From an uncultured Nitrososphaerota archaeon (GTDB lineage Archaea > Thermoproteota > Nitrososphaeria > Nitrososphaerales > Gagatemarchaeaceae), in the NCBI GenBank assembly GCA_963703285.1, contig OY969807.1:1376001-1440000 (forward strand): a stretch of DNA of 64,000 bases, given 5' to 3'. This document shows, piece by piece, positions 17,481-26,946 of this stretch. Each line of letters begins with the position of its first letter. Position 1 is the stretch's first letter. Made by a program: the position numbers and the translations under genes. The notes below the pieces were generated by a model. It was not told the origin of the DNA and ran no database searches. It worked only from the letters and a program-made list of their open reading frames with translations.

Positions 17481-18746
17481 ATGAAGAAGTTCGCCCACAT
17501 GGCAGACATACATCTCGGAGCGCACAGGGAACCCGCGCTTCGGCAGCTCGAGATGCGAGTCTTCTACGAAGCCATAGACCGCTGCCTCTCAGACCAGGTG
17601 GATTTCGTGCTCATCTCAGGGGACTTGTTCCACGTCGGTATACCCGACCTCGGAATCGTGAACGAAGCCGTCAGGAAGATGCGAGAACTGTCGGGGGCGG
17701 GGATTCCCATCTATGCAATCTACGGAAGCCACGATTACAACCCGTCGAGCACCTCCATAATCGACATAATCGAGACGACGGGCCTCCTCACCAACATCTC
17801 GAAGTGGAGGGAGGTCGAAGGGAAGATCGAGCTGTCAATCTTCGAGGACGAGGGGACCGGCGCCAAGCTCTCCGGAATCTCGGCCCGCAAGATGGGGCTC
17901 GAGAGCAGGCACTACGAGCAGCTCGACAAGCGGAACCTAGAGGAGGCGGAGGGGTTCAAGGTCTTCGCATTCCACAGCGGAATCACCGAATTCAAGCCTG
18001 ACTACCTGTCAGAGATGGAGACGATACCACTGTCGTATCTCCCCAGGGGCTTCTCCTACTACGCCGGTGGCCATATTCACGAGCGCGGAGAATACTCCTC
18101 GCCGGGCTACGAGAACATCGTGTTTCCGGGCCCTCTGTTCACGGGCTACGGCAGGGACATCGAGACCACGGCGAGAGGAGAGAAGAGGGGCTTCTACGAA
18201 GTGGAGTTCGACACCAAGATTCGCAGGCTGGACTTCGTTCCTGTCAAGACGTTTGGCGGGGCCTATCTCGAATTTGACGCGTCCGGGTCCAACTCGAGCG
18301 ACGCCCGCACGCAACTCGAAAGGAAGCTGGAGGGGCTGGACGTCGACAACAAGGTGGTCGCGCTCAAGTTGAAGGGGGAACTCTCCGGAGGCAAGACATC
18401 AGACTTCGACTTCACGAGGATTCGGGAGAGGCTGACGAGCCGGGGGGCTCTCTTCGTCTACATCAACCGACACGGGCTCGTCTCGAAGGAGTTCGACGCG
18501 ACGGGACACGCGGGCCAAGACGTGGCCACAATCGAGGCCAGGAGCTTCGAAGAGGGGATAGGCAAGGTGACAGTCTCCCACGAGAGACTCAGGGGTGCCG
18601 TCGGCGTAGCCACCGCCAAGAGCCTCCTGAACACGCTCAAGCACGGCGCCCTGTCCGACGAATCCAAGAAGGCACACGCCGACAGAATCGTGGAGGACGG
18701 CTTCCGTGTGCTCGGACTGGGCAGGGAGGGGGAATCCAAGGGATGA
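17481..18746 (+). CDS. mre11: DNA double-strand break repair nuclease Mre11
   Basis: ADIHLG, SGDLFH, GSHD, YYAGGHIH phosphoesterase motifs; overlaps the rad50 start. Confidence 0.92.
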   Translation: MKKFAHMADIHLGAHREPALRQLEMRVFYEAIDRCLSDQVDFVLISGDLFHVGIPDLGIVNEAVRKMRELSGAGIPIYAIYGSHDYNPSSTSIIDIIETTGLLTNISKWREVEGKIELSIFEDEGTGAKLSGISARKMGLESRHYEQLDKRNLEEAEGFKVFAFHSGITEFKPDYLSEMETIPLSYLPRGFSYYAGGHIHERGEYSSPGYENIVFPGPLFTGYGRDIETTARGEKRGFYEVEFDTKIRRLDFVPVKTFGGAYLEFDASGSNSSDARTQLERKLEGLDVDNKVVALKLKGELSGGKTSDFDFTRIRERLTSRGALFVYINRHGLVSKEFDATGHAGQDVATIEARSFEEGIGKVTVSHERLRGAVGVATAKSLLNTLKHGALSDESKKAHADRIVEDGFRVLGLGREGESKG

Positions 18747-20770
18747 TCATCAAGAGCCTCAGCCTGAAGAACATCCGAAGCTATCGGGAAGCGTCGCTGG
18801 ACTTCCCGACAGGCAAGACCCTGTTCGAGGGCGACATCGGGTCTGGAAAGTCCAGCATCCTCATGGCAATCGAGTTCGCGCTGTTCGGGCTGGGATCGGA
18901 GAGAGGCGCCTCACTTCTCAGGACCGGAGCGGAGAGGGGATCGGTCACCCTCGTCCTCGACGTCGGAGGGTCGGAATACAAGGTCACCAGAAACCTAGTC
19001 AGGAAGTCGGGGAAGGTCCAACAGGCGGAGGGGCAGGTGGTTGGGCCGTCGGGCAGAGAAGTCCTTTCACCGACCGACATGAAGGAGTACCTGCTCAAGG
19101 TGCTGGGGTTCAACGAACCGCCCGATCCCAAGTCCCAGAGCGTCATCTACAGGTACGCCGTCTACACGCCTCAGGAAGCGATGAAGGCGATCCTCTCCAT
19201 GCCGGCGGACCTGAGGCTCCAGACGCTCAGGAAGGCGTTCGGAATCGAGGACTACAAGGTGGCCAAGGAGCACGCCCTGGAGCTTGCGAAGAGGATCGAG
19301 CAGCTGGTCCACGACAACAGGGAGAAGTCCAGCGACCTGCCAAGTCTGAGAGACAAGATCGCCGCGAGGGGCCTGGAACTGAAAGCGAAGCGCGGGGAGC
19401 TCGCCTCCGCCCAGCTTGCGAGCACCAAGAAGGAGAAGCTCCTTGAGTCGCTCAAGGAGGAGATGAAGGCGCTCCGAGAAGACGAGAAAGAGCTGACAGC
19501 CGCAAAGGAGAGAGTCAGTCTCCTAGAGGAATCTTTCGGTTCAAGGACCCGCGAACTGCAGAAGCTGACCGCCGGGGTCGAGCTGAGAGAGAAGAACCTG
19601 GCCAAGCTAGCCTCCCAGGTGAGGTCGGAGGAGGCGGTCGAGAGCCCGACCCCGACCACCCAGGAGGAGCTTTCCAAGCAGATTGGGGAGCTCAGGGTTC
19701 ACATCAAAGAGCTGGGGAGCCTCCTGGACCGGGCGGACGCGAAGATGGAAGACTACAGGACGATACGCGAGACGGGGAAGTGCGCGACCTGTGACAGGGA
19801 TGCTGACCCGACGGAGTTCATCGACAAGGAGCGCGCCAAGTCCGTGGAGAAGGACAGGCTCTCGAGGGACATCAGACAGCACGAACTCGAACTTTCAAAT
19901 CTCGAGAATCTTCTGAGTCTCCGGAGAAAGTACGATTCGCAATACGCGATGCTTCTCGAGCACAGGGAGAGGCTCACCGAGTCAACGAGGGACCTCGACA
20001 AGGTGAAGGGAGACGTGAGGGAAAAGAAGCAGGCGGTTGAAGAGACCGAGGACAGCCTCTTCAAGGCCAGGAAGGATATCGAGCTGCTCTCGGGGGTGTC
20101 TGAGAGGATAGAACGGACCAGCAAGGAGGCCGACTCGGCCGAGCGCGAGCTTCAGGAGCTCCGGCGGACCGTCGCCACGGCTGGCCGGGACGTCGAGCAC
20201 CTCCAGCAGGACATAGGTGACCTCGAGGGAGAGGCCGAGGAGAAGGAGGCAGCCAAGAAGAAGGCGGATTCCCTACGCCAGTACGGCATCTGGATCGAGG
20301 ACTACTTTGTGCCGGCACTAGAAGTAATAGAGAGACAGGTACTGACTAGCATCAACCAGGACTTCAACGCTCATTTCCAAGGTTGGTTCTCCACGCTCGT
20401 CGAGGACCAAAGCAAGGAGGCTAGGGTCAACGAGGATTTCGTGCCATACGTCGAGCAGGACGGGTATGAGCAGGACGCGGATTACCTGAGCGGGGGCGAA
20501 AGGACCAGTCTTGCCCTCGCATACCGCCTCGCCCTGAACGAGGTCGTGCAGAGGGTCTCGACCGGGATGAGCTCGAACCTCCTCATCCTCGACGAGCCGA
20601 CCGACGGATTCAGCAGGGAGCAGCTCGGGAAGATGAGGGAGATTCTGGACGAGGTCAAGAGCCCGCAGGTCATCCTTGTCTCCCATGACAAGGAGCTCGA
20701 GAGCTTCGCGGACCAGATATACAGGGTGGTCAAGGAAGGCGGAGAATCCAGGGTGCACGTGGGCGCGTGA
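18743..20770 (+). CDS. rad50: Rad50 ATPase
   Basis: GDIGSGKSS Walker A, coiled coil with CATC zinc hook, LSGGE signature, LILDEPT, VSHD. Confidence 0.93.
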   Translation: MIIKSLSLKNIRSYREASLDFPTGKTLFEGDIGSGKSSILMAIEFALFGLGSERGASLLRTGAERGSVTLVLDVGGSEYKVTRNLVRKSGKVQQAEGQVVGPSGREVLSPTDMKEYLLKVLGFNEPPDPKSQSVIYRYAVYTPQEAMKAILSMPADLRLQTLRKAFGIEDYKVAKEHALELAKRIEQLVHDNREKSSDLPSLRDKIAARGLELKAKRGELASAQLASTKKEKLLESLKEEMKALREDEKELTAAKERVSLLEESFGSRTRELQKLTAGVELREKNLAKLASQVRSEEAVESPTPTTQEELSKQIGELRVHIKELGSLLDRADAKMEDYRTIRETGKCATCDRDADPTEFIDKERAKSVEKDRLSRDIRQHELELSNLENLLSLRRKYDSQYAMLLEHRERLTESTRDLDKVKGDVREKKQAVEETEDSLFKARKDIELLSGVSERIERTSKEADSAERELQELRRTVATAGRDVEHLQQDIGDLEGEAEEKEAAKKKADSLRQYGIWIEDYFVPALEVIERQVLTSINQDFNAHFQGWFSTLVEDQSKEARVNEDFVPYVEQDGYEQDADYLSGGERTSLALAYRLALNEVVQRVSTGMSSNLLILDEPTDGFSREQLGKMREILDEVKSPQVILVSHDKELESFADQIYRVVKEGGESRVHVGA

Positions 20771-20848
20771 TGGTAACGGCTTTAAGAGTCCCGACCTCCT
20801 AAGAGACCGATACAACTGCCCAGGAGGGTCGCGTGGCTCTCGAACGTC

Positions 20849-22132
20849 ATGTCCGCAGAGAGCATCGGTCTCGAGGAGAGAATCGCCAAGACCATCGAGG
20901 TCACCGAGAGCCCTCCCGCGTGGATGTGCCTGTCGTGCAGGGGAGCCAAGCTCCTCTGCGGAAAACCTCGCTGCCCGATTATCGTCAAGGCGCAATCGAT
21001 GGCGCGCTTCAGCGAGACCGCCTTCACCGACCAGATCGCGGGATCGTCGCCCCCGGGCGTCTTCGTTGGGAGATACGGCTACCCCAAAGTCTCGATCGGA
21101 CCGATGGTGCCGCCACAGTACGGCGACACGACAATCCTCGACACCCCGGAAGAGTGGCTGGGCAGACCCATCGAGACCATCGTCGACTACAGGTACTCGC
21201 TCGTGAGGGGTAACATGCGGGCCAGGGTCGAGGACGCCGCCAACCCTACCTCCACGATGGAGAGGCTGCAGGAGCTCTCGATGGCTTCGCGCCCGGTGGA
21301 CACCGAGCTGAGGCTGTCCAAGGCGCCGAGGAAGGTGCTCTCGCTGAGCGAGGACACGCAACCGTACGGTCCGTCGGCGCCCCTCGAGAGGTTCACGACA
21401 TCGAACGTCTCGGTCGACAAGAAGATTGAGAAGGCGCACTACGACAGAGACCTCCTTGCGGGCGACGCCGTCTTCTCCCTCTACAACGAGGGAATCCTCG
21501 TCACCAGGCTTCAGAGGGCGCTCAGCATCGGGATGTTCGGCCAGGGAGCGAGAAGGCGGTTCGTGCCGACGCGGTGGAGCATAACCGCAGTTGACAGCAC
21601 TATCAGCCTGAGGCTGTTGGAGGAAGTGAAGGGCAATCCCACGATCGACGAGTACAGGGTCTACAGCTACAGCGTCTACGACAACCAGTACGTGGCGATC
21701 CTAATCCCGGAGCCGTGGAGGTTCGAATGGATAGAGGCCTGGTTCCCGAACACGACCTGGAACCAGAACACCACAGAGCCCTACATGATTGGGGACTATG
21801 AGGAGTACTTCGGGAGGAAGACGTACGCGAAGGTCGGTGGATGCTACTACTCCACGAGGCTCGCCGTGGCGGAGGAGCTCGTCAAGGAGAGAAAGCAGGC
21901 GGCCGCCATCGTTCTGAGGGAGACGTACCCGGGCTACCTGATGCCCCTAGGGGTCTGGAACGTCAGGGAGTCAATCCGGATGCTGATGAAGCAGCCGCCG
22001 GAGAAGCACGACACCTTCGGGGAGGCGCTGAAGTCGGCGCTCTCGAAGCTGAGGATAATCCCGAAGAAGTGGCGGGCGAACTCGATTCTGATCTCGAGGG
22101 AGCTGACGCAGGCCAAGATCACCTCGTTCTGA
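20849..22132 (+). CDS. nreA: Nre-family DNA repair protein
   Basis: CLSCRGAKLLCGKPRCP, GSSPPGVFVGRYGYP, VPTRWSITAVD, GVWNVRE, C-terminal PIP box QAKITSF. Confidence 0.92.
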   Translation: MSAESIGLEERIAKTIEVTESPPAWMCLSCRGAKLLCGKPRCPIIVKAQSMARFSETAFTDQIAGSSPPGVFVGRYGYPKVSIGPMVPPQYGDTTILDTPEEWLGRPIETIVDYRYSLVRGNMRARVEDAANPTSTMERLQELSMASRPVDTELRLSKAPRKVLSLSEDTQPYGPSAPLERFTTSNVSVDKKIEKAHYDRDLLAGDAVFSLYNEGILVTRLQRALSIGMFGQGARRRFVPTRWSITAVDSTISLRLLEEVKGNPTIDEYRVYSYSVYDNQYVAILIPEPWRFEWIEAWFPNTTWNQNTTEPYMIGDYEEYFGRKTYAKVGGCYYSTRLAVAEELVKERKQAAAIVLRETYPGYLMPLGVWNVRESIRMLMKQPPEKHDTFGEALKSALSKLRIIPKKWRANSILISRELTQAKITSF

Positions 22133-22166
22133 ACATTCATTAGACCAGCTCCCCATCCCGCGGCGA

Positions 22167-22862
22167 TTGACCAGGCCGCTCTATTGGGAGAACATGTACA
22201 TGCGTGACTTTGACGGGACGGTCCAGCACCTAGAGGGAAACAGGGTGATACTCGACCAGACCGCGTTCTACCCGAGGGGCGGCGGGCTGGTCTCCGACGT
22301 CGGGATGCTCGGGGGCTCCCCGGTGACCGAGGTCATCAAGGAGGGCGGCGAGGTGATCCACATCGTGGCCCAGCCCGAACTTCTGAAGGAGGGGCAGGCG
22401 GTGCACGGTTCGATAGACTGGGCGAGGCGGTACGGAGTGATGAAGATGCACACGACAGCGCACATCCTCTGTGCCATAGTGAACCGCGAGACAGGCGCGC
22501 TAATCACGGGGAACCAGATCAACCCGGACGAGTCGAGGATAGACTTCAATCTCGAGAACTTCGACAGGGAGAAGATAGCCGACTACACAAAGGCCGCCAA
22601 CGAGGCCGCGGCCCGCGGCCTTGAGGTGTCGACATCGTTCATGAAGAGGGAGGAGGCGCTCAGGGTGCCGGGGCTGGTGAAGCTCGCCAACGCTCTCCCG
22701 CCCGCGGTCGATGTCCTCAGGATAGTCACAATAGGAGACGTGGACACCCAGGCGGACGGCGGGGTGCACGTGGGGAACACGCGGGAGATAGGCGAGATCG
22801 TTGTGACCAAGACGGAGAACAAGGGGAAGAACAACCGCAGGCTGTACTTCTCCCTGCGCTAG
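22167..22862 (+). CDS. alaXM: Alanyl-tRNA editing protein AlaX-M
   Basis: LDQTAFYPRGGG, HTTAH, QADGGVHV, NKGKNNRR. Confidence 0.9.
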   Translation: MTRPLYWENMYMRDFDGTVQHLEGNRVILDQTAFYPRGGGLVSDVGMLGGSPVTEVIKEGGEVIHIVAQPELLKEGQAVHGSIDWARRYGVMKMHTTAHILCAIVNRETGALITGNQINPDESRIDFNLENFDREKIADYTKAANEAAARGLEVSTSFMKREEALRVPGLVKLANALPPAVDVLRIVTIGDVDTQADGGVHVGNTREIGEIVVTKTENKGKNNRRLYFSLR

Positions 22863-22864
22863 CG

Positions 22865-23755
22865 TCAGCCGGTGAGGTAGAGCAACGCGGCGACGCCTGT
22901 TATCAGGCAGATCACGCCGACGATGTGGTTGATCTCGAGCCTCTCCTTCAATATGACGATCGCACAGGTGACGGTGACGGCGGCCGACATCCCTCCGAAG
23001 GTGGCCAGCAGGGGCACCGTGGTTGGCGAGGTCAAAGTGGTGACCCCGTAGTTGTACGCCGCGACACCAACCGTCTCGAGGACGGACATCAGCAGCACGG
23101 TGGGGAACCACCTCCCCGAGGGCGAGCCGGCCCGCGGCTTGAAGAGCGGGATGAGCGCGAACCCGAGCGCAGCAGACCCGAACCTAACGGCGAGCGTCGG
23201 GAGAACGTAGCCCAGGTGCTCGCTCGTGTAGCCGTAGATTGTGAACGATAGGCCCAGGAAGATGGCAGCCACGAAGGCCGAACCGACCCCGGGCACGAAG
23301 GGCCGGCGCCGGGAGGAGGCCATCCTCCTGAGGTCGGAGAAGCTCGTCGAGACGAGAACTATCCCCGCGATGGTCAACAGGAGCGCCAGAATCGCCCAGG
23401 CGGAGAACCGTGCCCCGATGAAGGCGACGGAGACGACGACAGCGAACGCGGGGTAGGAGTTCGCTATGGGGGATATGAGCGAGAGCATCCCCTTGCTGTA
23501 GGCGTTGTACAGGGTGGCGACTCCCAGAAGGGTGACGACGGAGAGGAGGACGAGGAGGGACGCGAAATAAGGGCTTACCGCGAAGGTCGATTTAAGAAAG
23601 AGCGCCGGGAGGAAACCGATGACCCCGGCGAATACCAGCACGTAGAGAGTCGCCCGGTAGGGACCTATCTTCGCGGAGACCCCCTTTGAGAGGAAGTCGG
23701 AGGTTCCGAACGATAAGGTCATCGAGAGACCAAGGGCTAGGGGGAGGAGATCCAT
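22865..23755 (-). CDS. EamA/DMT family transporter
   Basis: Ten-TM duplicated pattern, SLISPI, ILKERL; start inferred at ATG 23755. Confidence 0.85.
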   Translation of the reverse strand: MDLLPLALGLSMTLSFGTSDFLSKGVSAKIGPYRATLYVLVFAGVIGFLPALFLKSTFAVSPYFASLLVLLSVVTLLGVATLYNAYSKGMLSLISPIANSYPAFAVVVSVAFIGARFSAWAILALLLTIAGIVLVSTSFSDLRRMASSRRRPFVPGVGSAFVAAIFLGLSFTIYGYTSEHLGYVLPTLAVRFGSAALGFALIPLFKPRAGSPSGRWFPTVLLMSVLETVGVAAYNYGVTTLTSPTTVPLLATFGGMSAAVTVTCAIVILKERLEINHIVGVICLITGVAALLYLTG

Positions 23756-23880
23756 GGGCATCAGTCTGGTCGGGAACCTCCAGCAGGTCTTCCGGCACCC
23801 GGTTATATCCGATTCAGGCCCGGCGTCCCCGGCAAGGGATTGCAAACGGCCGAAAACGGGGCCGGTCCGCGGTTTTCCTG

Positions 23881-24909
23881 CTAAAGTAGACCCTCGATGA
23901 AGCCGGAGACAGAGGCCGCGCCGCCGTACCTGCGGGGCTCGGTCCTCTGGCCGAGGTGCGCAGGTATGAGGCGTTCGAGGTTGTCCAGGTCCGCCGGCGA
24001 GAAGCCGAGGGACGCGGCGTTCCTCTCCTGCTCAGGGTGGTTCCTTATCGGGATGGCGATGATGGGGGTCCCGTAGCACGCCGCCTCGTCGATGGTGCTC
24101 TTGCCCGCAGTCGACACCACGAGGTCGCAGGCCGCGATCAGGTCCTGGTTGTCGCGCTCGACCCCGAGGTAGCGGATGTCGTCCCGTCTCGGGCCCGTGG
24201 AGAGACCGCTAACCACCAGGACGACCCCGGGCAGGTCCAGCTTTCCCAGGGCCCCCGCGACTCTGTCGAGGAGGAAGCCCCCTATGCCGCTCCCGCTCGC
24301 GCTCAGCAAGATCATCCTCATAGAGGGCCCTATCCCGAGCGCGGTCCTCACCTGCTCGCGGCTCCTGGTCAAAGCCCTGACCACGGGGGAGACGAAGTGA
24401 ACGTTTCCGTGGTCATCCCCGAAGTCCGGGACAAGGATGCTCGACGCCCGCTGCTGGAGGTTCTTGTACCACGCCTCCACCTTCCTCTCGAGGTAGCGCG
24501 AGATTCCCGATTGTGCGAACCCGAGTACGAGCTCGTCGGAGATCATCGTGTGGCGGACGCCCCTCTCTATCGCCAGCGAGACGCATGAGAACTCCTCGTC
24601 CCCGACTATGAGCTGCGGGTTTATCCTCTCGATCAGCGACCCCATCCTCTTCCTCGTGGAACGGTAACCCGACCAGTACCGTATGTACCAGAGCGCAGGG
24701 TACCTCATCCTCCCGTCCTTCTCTGAGGGCGTCGGCTCCGTCACGATGTCCCGAACCTCGAAACCGTAGGAAGCGAGGAAGCGCGAGGCGCCCCCTCCAC
24801 TGGCGAAGACGGGCTTGAGGCCTTTCTCGCCGAGCTCGAGACCCACGGCAACCGCCCTCGATGCATGACCTAGGCCGATTGGGCTGACTCCGTAGAGTAT
24901 CTCGGCCAA
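23881..24909 (-). CDS. GT-B glycosyltransferase (GT28/MurG-like)
   Basis: GLGHASR, VSTAGKSTIDEA, PIRNHPEQERNA. Confidence 0.85.
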   Translation of the reverse strand: MAEILYGVSPIGLGHASRAVAVGLELGEKGLKPVFASGGGASRFLASYGFEVRDIVTEPTPSEKDGRMRYPALWYIRYWSGYRSTRKRMGSLIERINPQLIVGDEEFSCVSLAIERGVRHTMISDELVLGFAQSGISRYLERKVEAWYKNLQQRASSILVPDFGDDHGNVHFVSPVVRALTRSREQVRTALGIGPSMRMILLSASGSGIGGFLLDRVAGALGKLDLPGVVLVVSGLSTGPRRDDIRYLGVERDNQDLIAACDLVVSTAGKSTIDEAACYGTPIIAIPIRNHPEQERNAASLGFSPADLDNLERLIPAHLGQRTEPRRYGGAASVSGFIEGLL

Positions 24910-25011
24910 GCGTCAGGACGCCGCGCATCGGCGCAATATAATTGGTCTCCCCGGACTCCGGGTCTTACGGTCTCGCAATCGATAAGTAAAGGAGCAACTC
25001 GCGAACGGTGC

Positions 25012-25395
25012 ATGAAGGTCAATTTCCTCTACACGGGAATCAGGGTCAAGGACCTGGACGAGTCGATCGACTTCTACACGAAGGTCCTCGGGATGAAGCT
25101 CGTCGGTCGGTCCAAGATTCCGGTGGCAAAAGGGGAGGTCGCAAGCCTGGCGAGCCGCGAGGGTGGGTTCGAGCTCGAACTGAACCACTACGACAAGGCG
25201 AGCAAGTACAACTCAAGGTACAGCGCGGGAGAGGGGCTCGACCATCTTGCCTTCAGCGTCGACGACCTTGAGGGCCTGATCGCTGCGGCAAAGGAGATGG
25301 GCCACCCGCTGGCCGCCGAGATCAAGACCGAGAAGAGCAGGTGGGTGTACATCAAGGACCCGAATGGAATCTGGATAGAGTTGGTTCAAGGATAA
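25012..25395 (+). CDS. VOC / lactoylglutathione lyase family
   Basis: TGIRVKDLDESIDFYTKVLGM, LDHLAF, KDPNGIWIEL. Confidence 0.88.
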   Translation: MKVNFLYTGIRVKDLDESIDFYTKVLGMKLVGRSKIPVAKGEVASLASREGGFELELNHYDKASKYNSRYSAGEGLDHLAFSVDDLEGLIAAAKEMGHPLAAEIKTEKSRWVYIKDPNGIWIELVQG

Positions 25396-25609
25396 TCCTC
25401 TTTGCGGGAGCTGGTGTCGGGTCCGTGCGGTCCTCAAGAGGATACCTCTTCAATAGAAAGAAATTGATGATGTTCAAACAAGAACGGGAAAAAATCGGTG
25501 GTCGGCCCGTTTCGTAAGTAAATTATTCATTGAGGGTGGTAATTTTTTGTTCGCCGTTGAGGCAAGAAAAACCACTCTGTAAGGTTTATACGCTGTATTC
25601 GACGCTCCG

Positions 25610-25775
25610 GTGACAAGGCGAATCTGAAACGGTTCAAGCATACTGTGTTAAGTGCAAGGCAAAGAGAGAGATGAAGACACCGCAGAACATCACCATGAAG
25701 AACGGGAAGAAGGCTGTTCAGGGTGTCTGTCCTGTCTGCGGAACGAAGCTCTTCCGCATCGGGGGCAAGGTCTAG
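25610..25775 (+). CDS. DUF5679-type small zinc-ribbon protein (not in ORF track; start broken or non-canonical)
   Basis: VQAYCVKCKAKREMKTPQNITMKNGKKAVQGVCPVCGTKLFRIGGKV*; no in-frame ATG/GTG/TTG before the first CxxC: either ACG at 25629, or GTG 25610 after removing one base in GAATC. Confidence 0.8.
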
Positions 25776-25778
25776 AAC

Positions 25779-26882
25779 CTACCCCTGTTCCTTTTTCTCA
25801 ACCCAGGCGGAGATGGTCGTCTGGTCGGCGGCCTCCCTCTTCACGTCCGAGACCCTCAGCCCGACGAGCCTGATGGGGACCTTGTTCCCTTGGAACGACC
25901 TGAGCAGAAGCCGCGCCTCCCTGAGTATGGCGTCCCCATCGTTCGAGTAGCTCGGTAGTCGCACCTCCCGCGTATGGGTCTCGAATCCCCTGAACCTAAG
26001 CTTGACACCTACCTTCCTGAAGACGAAGTGAGACGACCGGATCCTCTCTCCGAGTTCGGAGGCCAGCCTTTCAACAATTCCGTCCACGACTGCCCAGTCC
26101 AGCGAGTCCTTTTCGAGCGTCCTCTCCGTGCTGAACGACTTCAGTTCGTGCTCCTTGACCTGTTCATTCTCGAGCCCGTTGGCGACCTCCCAGATCCAGA
26201 GCCCGGACCAGCCGAGGCTGCTCCTGACGATTCCTGCGTCCAACACCTGCAGGTCTCCGACCTTGGCCACCCCGAGCTCCTTCAGCGTCTGCTCGGTCTT
26301 AATCCCGACTCCGGGGATTACGCCGATTGGCAGCGGGGCGAGGAACTCCTTGGTCTTGCCGAGCCCGACGACGGTCACACCGTCAGGTTTGTGAAGGTCG
26401 GTCGCTATCTTCGCGGCGGACTTGTTCTCCGCAATCCCCACCGAGCAGGTAAGTCCAGTCTCGGTCCTGAGAGCTTCCTTGAGCCTGGTGACCCAGACCT
26501 CCGCCTCCTCCATGCTAGGTACGGTCTCCCCGAGTTCGACGAAGGCCTCGTCTATGCTGACCTGTTCGAAGCTCTTTGCCAGTCGCTTGATCGTCTGCAT
26601 GACCTGGCCGGACAGGGCCTCATAGTACCCGAAGTCGGGAGGCAGGTAGACAGCCTGGGGGCAGAGCCTCCACGCCTCCGATATCGGCATGGCCGACCTC
26701 AGGCCGAACTTCCGAGCCGGGTAGTTGCACGAGACGACCACGCCCCTCCCCCTGCCCTCCTTCGGGTCGGCCCCTATCACCAGTGGGGAATCCCTCAGCG
26801 AGGGGTCCCGCACGGCCTCGGCGGAGGCATAGAAAGAGTCCATGTCGACGTGGGCGACGATCCGCGTCTTCGAGGGGCTCAA
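25779..26882 (-). CDS. dinB: DNA polymerase IV (Y family)
   Basis: HVDMDSFYAS, CNYPARKFG, SIDEAF, AKIATDLHKPDG; PIP-like QTTISAW. Confidence 0.95.
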   Translation of the reverse strand: MSPSKTRIVAHVDMDSFYASAEAVRDPSLRDSPLVIGADPKEGRGRGVVVSCNYPARKFGLRSAMPISEAWRLCPQAVYLPPDFGYYEALSGQVMQTIKRLAKSFEQVSIDEAFVELGETVPSMEEAEVWVTRLKEALRTETGLTCSVGIAENKSAAKIATDLHKPDGVTVVGLGKTKEFLAPLPIGVIPGVGIKTEQTLKELGVAKVGDLQVLDAGIVRSSLGWSGLWIWEVANGLENEQVKEHELKSFSTERTLEKDSLDWAVVDGIVERLASELGERIRSSHFVFRKVGVKLRFRGFETHTREVRLPSYSNDGDAILREARLLLRSFQGNKVPIRLVGLRVSDVKREAADQTTISAWVEKKEQG

Positions 26883-26946
26883 CGGTGGACCGTGAGGGGT
26901 AGCCCGGCGTCCTAAAGAAACGTTTAGGGAGATTCGCGGCGGGGAC

